Source: a virus (lineage: Duplodnaviria; Caudoviricetes). From it: 56,927 bases of DNA. Of this stretch, positions 53,973 through 56,927 are shown piece by piece. Below the pieces are notes generated by a model that ran no database searches, was not told the DNA's origin, and was given only the letters and a program-made list of their open reading frames with translations. The stretch lies in IMG/VR virus record IMGVR_UViG_3300037247_001878, positions 1 to 56,927 of that record; one strand, given 5' to 3'. Numbering within the stretch: position 1 is the stretch's first letter; every line of letters begins with the position of its first letter. Position numbers and translations under genes: made by a program.

Positions 53973-54925
53973 CGGGTCTTCAGCGTCTTCAGGAACCCGT
54001 CGAGTTGGGCCGCGCTCTTCTTCTTGATCCTGCCTTTATAAGTCCCGCTCCGCGCCGCCATCTCCACCGCGTTGACCGCCCGGCCCATGAGTTCCCACTG
54101 GTGTTGGCTGTCGATCTGCTTTCTGGCCCGGGTGTCCTGGAGCGCCTCGTGCAGCGCCTGGATCGGGTCGCGGTCGCCGTCCATCTTCCAGCCGGCTTCA
54201 CGCTCGTAGCCTTTCCAGAAGTCGACCGCCTGCTCGCCGTAAGCCCGGATGGTCGCGAGCGCGGCCATGGTGATCGCGAAAGGGAAGTGTCCCTGGCTTG
54301 GGTTGCAATCGTCCAATCGGCGCAGATCGTCGACGAACTCGGTGACGCAGATGCGCAGGAAATCCGGACGCTTCCGATCCTCGTAGCCGTAGACTTTCTG
54401 ATACAGGTTCTTCACCGCCTGCCCGTAGCGCCCCGATTTCAACAGCGTGCTGTTGAACGTCAGGCCGATCTCGCGCTGGGCGCCGTGCAGCTTGTCGGGC
54501 AGGGTCTCGACCGCCGCCTTGCTGTCGCAGGTGTCGTAGAGGCGTTTCACGTCGGACAGGTTTTGGCAGGCCCAGACCTTGACGGTGACCAGCCTCGGCC
54601 GCTGTGGGCGGATGCCCTCGCCAGCCAGCCGGCCGTCCCAGAGGAACGCGCGCGAGTGCGCGTCGGCCTTGTATTGCTGGCCGTTCGGCAGCCGGGCCAT
54701 GTCGACGACCTGATGGGTCGGATGGAGCGTGTGGAGGTGCGTGGCCTTGCGCGCGTGACGCTCGGTGTCCCGCTGCACCGGGTTGTCCGGCACCGCGATC
54801 CAATCGTCGACCGTCATCGTCATGGTGCCGGCAAAGATGATGCCCACCCCGGCGACAGGAACGGAACGCGCGGCAGCGCGCGCATGGCCTCGATCGGGGG
54901 CCGGCAGGGGTTCGACGTTGCTCAT
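53969..54925 (-). CDS. Divergent ParB/Srx-like domain protein
   Basis: DNPVQRD and YKADAHSR (DGxxR-like); AAGGAG RBS. Confidence 0.45.
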   Translation of the reverse strand: MSNVEPLPAPDRGHARAAARSVPVAGVGIIFAGTMTMTVDDWIAVPDNPVQRDTERHARKATHLHTLHPTHQVVDMARLPNGQQYKADAHSRAFLWDGRLAGEGIRPQRPRLVTVKVWACQNLSDVKRLYDTCDSKAAVETLPDKLHGAQREIGLTFNSTLLKSGRYGQAVKNLYQKVYGYEDRKRPDFLRICVTEFVDDLRRLDDCNPSQGHFPFAITMAALATIRAYGEQAVDFWKGYEREAGWKMDGDRDPIQALHEALQDTRARKQIDSQHQWELMGRAVNAVEMAARSGTYKGRIKKKSAAQLDGFLKTLKTR

Positions 54926-54994
54926 GCGGTTTCTCCTTGCTTGGGTTTTGCGTGTATCTTGGCCGGTAAACAATTGCCCGGGAGGACTCGACTC

Positions 54995-55258
54995 ATGGTC
55001 CGCGATCCAAAGACAAGCGGCCTTGCCAACGGCTCCGTCATGCTCTTCACCCTTCTCGCCCGTTCTCTGGACGAGGCTGGGGTCCTCGACCGCCAAGCGC
55101 TCGCGGCAGGCCTGAGATCAGTCGTCGCAGGCTCCGAGCGAGACGCGAGCCGGAACCTCGACCTGATAATGCTCGCCAACGCTGCGGCGATGCTCGACGA
55201 CCCGCCGCCGCCAGGCTGGACGCCTCGGGTCCTGCCAGGCGGTCGATCGACGCGCTGA
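54995..55258 (+). CDS. Small hypothetical protein opposite to the early operon
   Basis: GGAGGA RBS, fills the gap between minus-strand genes. Confidence 0.5.
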   Translation: MVRDPKTSGLANGSVMLFTLLARSLDEAGVLDRQALAAGLRSVVAGSERDASRNLDLIMLANAAAMLDDPPPPGWTPRVLPGGRSTR

Positions 55259-55294
55259 GCTCGGCATAGTTGGCGTCCACTTCCTGGGCGCTGA

Positions 55295-55651
55295 TCACGG
55301 CAACCACCCCTCGAACCACAGCAGGAATCGCGCGCACCACCCGGGCGCGCCCTCGAGCGCGCCCTCATGGTCCTCGGCCTCGGCCTCGGACAGGCAGGCC
55401 CCCTCTTGGCAGGCCGTCGCGCGCCGAGCGCCGGCCTCGGCGCGGCGAGTGCGCTCATGGGCCATGTAGGTGCGGAGGCGGTCCAGCTTTTTGGTATTGA
55501 TGTCCTTGCCGGCTCGTAGCCGCGCGATCAGCGACCCGTCGTTCACGGCGTTCCGGCCGAAGCTGCTCTCACTTATCCCCATCTCCCTCACGAAAACGTG
55601 ACATTCACGCAATATCTGCTCGCGGGTGCAGCATTCCGTCGAATTCAACAT
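55295..55651 (-). CDS. Cro-like regulator
   Basis: GISESSFGRNAVNDGSLIARLRAGK motif, divergent from the repressor. Confidence 0.75.
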   Translation of the reverse strand: MLNSTECCTREQILRECHVFVREMGISESSFGRNAVNDGSLIARLRAGKDINTKKLDRLRTYMAHERTRRAEAGARRATACQEGACLSEAEAEDHEGALEGAPGWCARFLLWFEGWLP

Positions 55652-55673
55652 CTTGTGACTCGTCTATATTTAG

Positions 55674-55779
55674 TCGCGAATCGGCGACGATATACCACAT
55701 ATTCGTATTTCTGCGATCTCGCAAGCGTTTTTCGCAGAATTGCGCCGCGACGAAATCGCCGCTATGTGTAAACTTGCGA
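55674..55779. promoter_or_regulatory. Rightward-operator-like region of the lysis/lysogeny switch
   Basis: TCGCA-N4-TGCGA variants at 55674, 55703, 55732 and a partial site near 55766. Confidence 0.65.
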
Positions 55780-55780
55780 C

Positions 55781-56248
55781 ATGGCGAGGGAACCAAGCAC
55801 ATTAGGAGTCCAGATCCGCGCCCGGCGGAAGCTCCTTGGCATGAATGAACGGCAACTGGCCAAGGCAGCGGGCGTAAGCAAAGATATCATCAATAAACTG
55901 GAAAAGGGCGGCCAGCGGGATACGGTTTCGGAAAGCGCACTTGGCCTCGCGCGGGCCCTGCGCTCTAGCGTCGAGGATTTGCATTCAAACAACGCGGCAG
56001 GGCAGCACTTGGCCGAGGCCCTCCCCTTGTCCGACGAGCGCCTGCGAGACCTGATCGCGGATGCGGCCGAGCAAGTCCTCATCTACGTGCGCGAGGCAAA
56101 TCTCGATGATGACCCCCAGAGTGTCGCCAAAGAGATCGCAGCCGCTTTTGAACAGATGGAAGAATCCGAACGCCGGCGTGCGCAACCGGTCTTCGTGAAT
56201 TTGGGCGGAAAGGTCGTCGAGTTGAGGCCCTGGGGCAAACCCGTCTAA
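55781..56248 (+). CDS. CI-like XRE repressor without S24 peptidase domain
   Basis: IRARRKLLGMNERQLAKAAGVSKDIINKLEKG HTH; divergent from cro. Confidence 0.8.
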   Translation: MAREPSTLGVQIRARRKLLGMNERQLAKAAGVSKDIINKLEKGGQRDTVSESALGLARALRSSVEDLHSNNAAGQHLAEALPLSDERLRDLIADAAEQVLIYVREANLDDDPQSVAKEIAAAFEQMEESERRRAQPVFVNLGGKVVELRPWGKPV

Positions 56249-56254
56249 CGTGTC

Positions 56255-56461
56255 ATGGCCCGCAAACTCAAACGCTCCGACTGGGTGTTCTTGGGGTCAC
56301 TGGCCGTGGGAGTGCTGATCGGAGGCGGCGCATGGCTAAAGTGGCCCGGTGCCCCGTGGTGGGTCTACGCTGGCGGTGGATTCATCGTCACCGCGATAGT
56401 CTACTCTGCGCTGATCGAACACTTCGCCAACGTGGCGATGATCGACCAAGACCGCGACTAA
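56255..56461 (+). CDS. Small two-TM membrane protein (possible exclusion factor)
   Basis: Two hydrophobic helices, immediately downstream of the repressor. Confidence 0.55.
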   Translation: MARKLKRSDWVFLGSLAVGVLIGGGAWLKWPGAPWWVYAGGGFIVTAIVYSALIEHFANVAMIDQDRD

Positions 56462-56528
56462 GCCCTCCGCGCCATTCCGAACTCATCGGCAGCCTGCGCG
56501 GTCAACCCGCGGCGATCGGCCCGTGAAA

Positions 56529-56582
56529 AAATCGCAGTTCCGCGATTTCTCTCTTGCTTATCGCATTTTTGCGAACTAAGAT
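56529..56582 (+). promoter_or_regulatory. PL-like promoter with two operators
   Basis: TTGCTT(56554)-N17-TAAGAT; TCGCAGTTCCGCGA at 56532 and TCGCATTTTTGCGA at 56561. Confidence 0.7.
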
Positions 56583-56652
56583 TCCCTCTCAAATAACTTA
56601 TTCGTTCGGCATGGTCGCCAGCCAACCCCACGCCGAAGCATGAGGACCCGCC

Positions 56653-56927
56653 ATGCCCGATTCCGAGTCCCGGCGCCGCCCGACCAAGGCGATCAAGGCG
56701 GCCGTGCTCAAGCGGCAGCGGCATCTCTGCAACGCCTGCGACCGGCCCTTCTCCGAATGCGGGCCGGTCGAATGGGATCACTATCAGGCCCTGAGCCTGG
56801 GCGGGAGCAACGGCCCGGGCAACTGGCAGGCCTTGGGTCGGCCGTGCCACAGAACCAAATCCGCGCGCGATCTCGGCATGAAGGCCAAGGCCGAGCGGAT
56901 TGCCCGCAAGCTGGCCGGGGCCTGGCC
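56653..56927 (+). CDS. HNH endonuclease, 5' part
   Basis: MPDSESRRRPTKAIKAAVLKRQRHLCNACDRPFSECGPVEWDHYQALSLGGSN; GAGGA RBS. Confidence 0.8.
   Translation, partial: MPDSESRRRPTKAIKAAVLKRQRHLCNACDRPFSECGPVEWDHYQALSLGGSNGPGNWQALGRPCHRTKSARDLGMKAKAERIARKLAGAW
56752..56927. repeat. Terminal direct repeat, right copy
   Basis: Matches 1-176. Confidence 0.95.

Overview
The window is essentially one complete, circularly permuted temperate phage genome of about 56.75 kb (bases 1-176 recur at 56752-56927). It is GC-rich and lambda-like: gpA terminase, lambda-type portal, S49 protease, gpD/gpE capsid and a non-contractile tail. The host is most plausibly an alphaproteobacterium. An unsplit attP (3' half of a tRNA, probably Thr) lies beside a tyrosine integrase, and there is a cI/cro switch, an iteron-bearing initiator, four DNA methyltransferases and a lysis cassette. 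Two things stand out. (1) A 3.86 kb IS1595-family transporter element (24 bp IRs, 8 bp TSD AAAAAGTC) sits inside the lysis cassette. It carries a self-promoted 89-nt chimeric tRNA with a leucine-type body but a threonine (UGU) anticodon, a second candidate structured RNA, a small GIY-YIG nuclease and a LexA-boxed dCTP-deaminase-like membrane protein. (2) A 10.3 kb block between the capsid and head-tail genes encodes a six-gene glycan synthesis/modification cluster and several extra fibre-like proteins, suggesting a glycosylated virion. All family calls come from motif reading and recall; no database searches were run.
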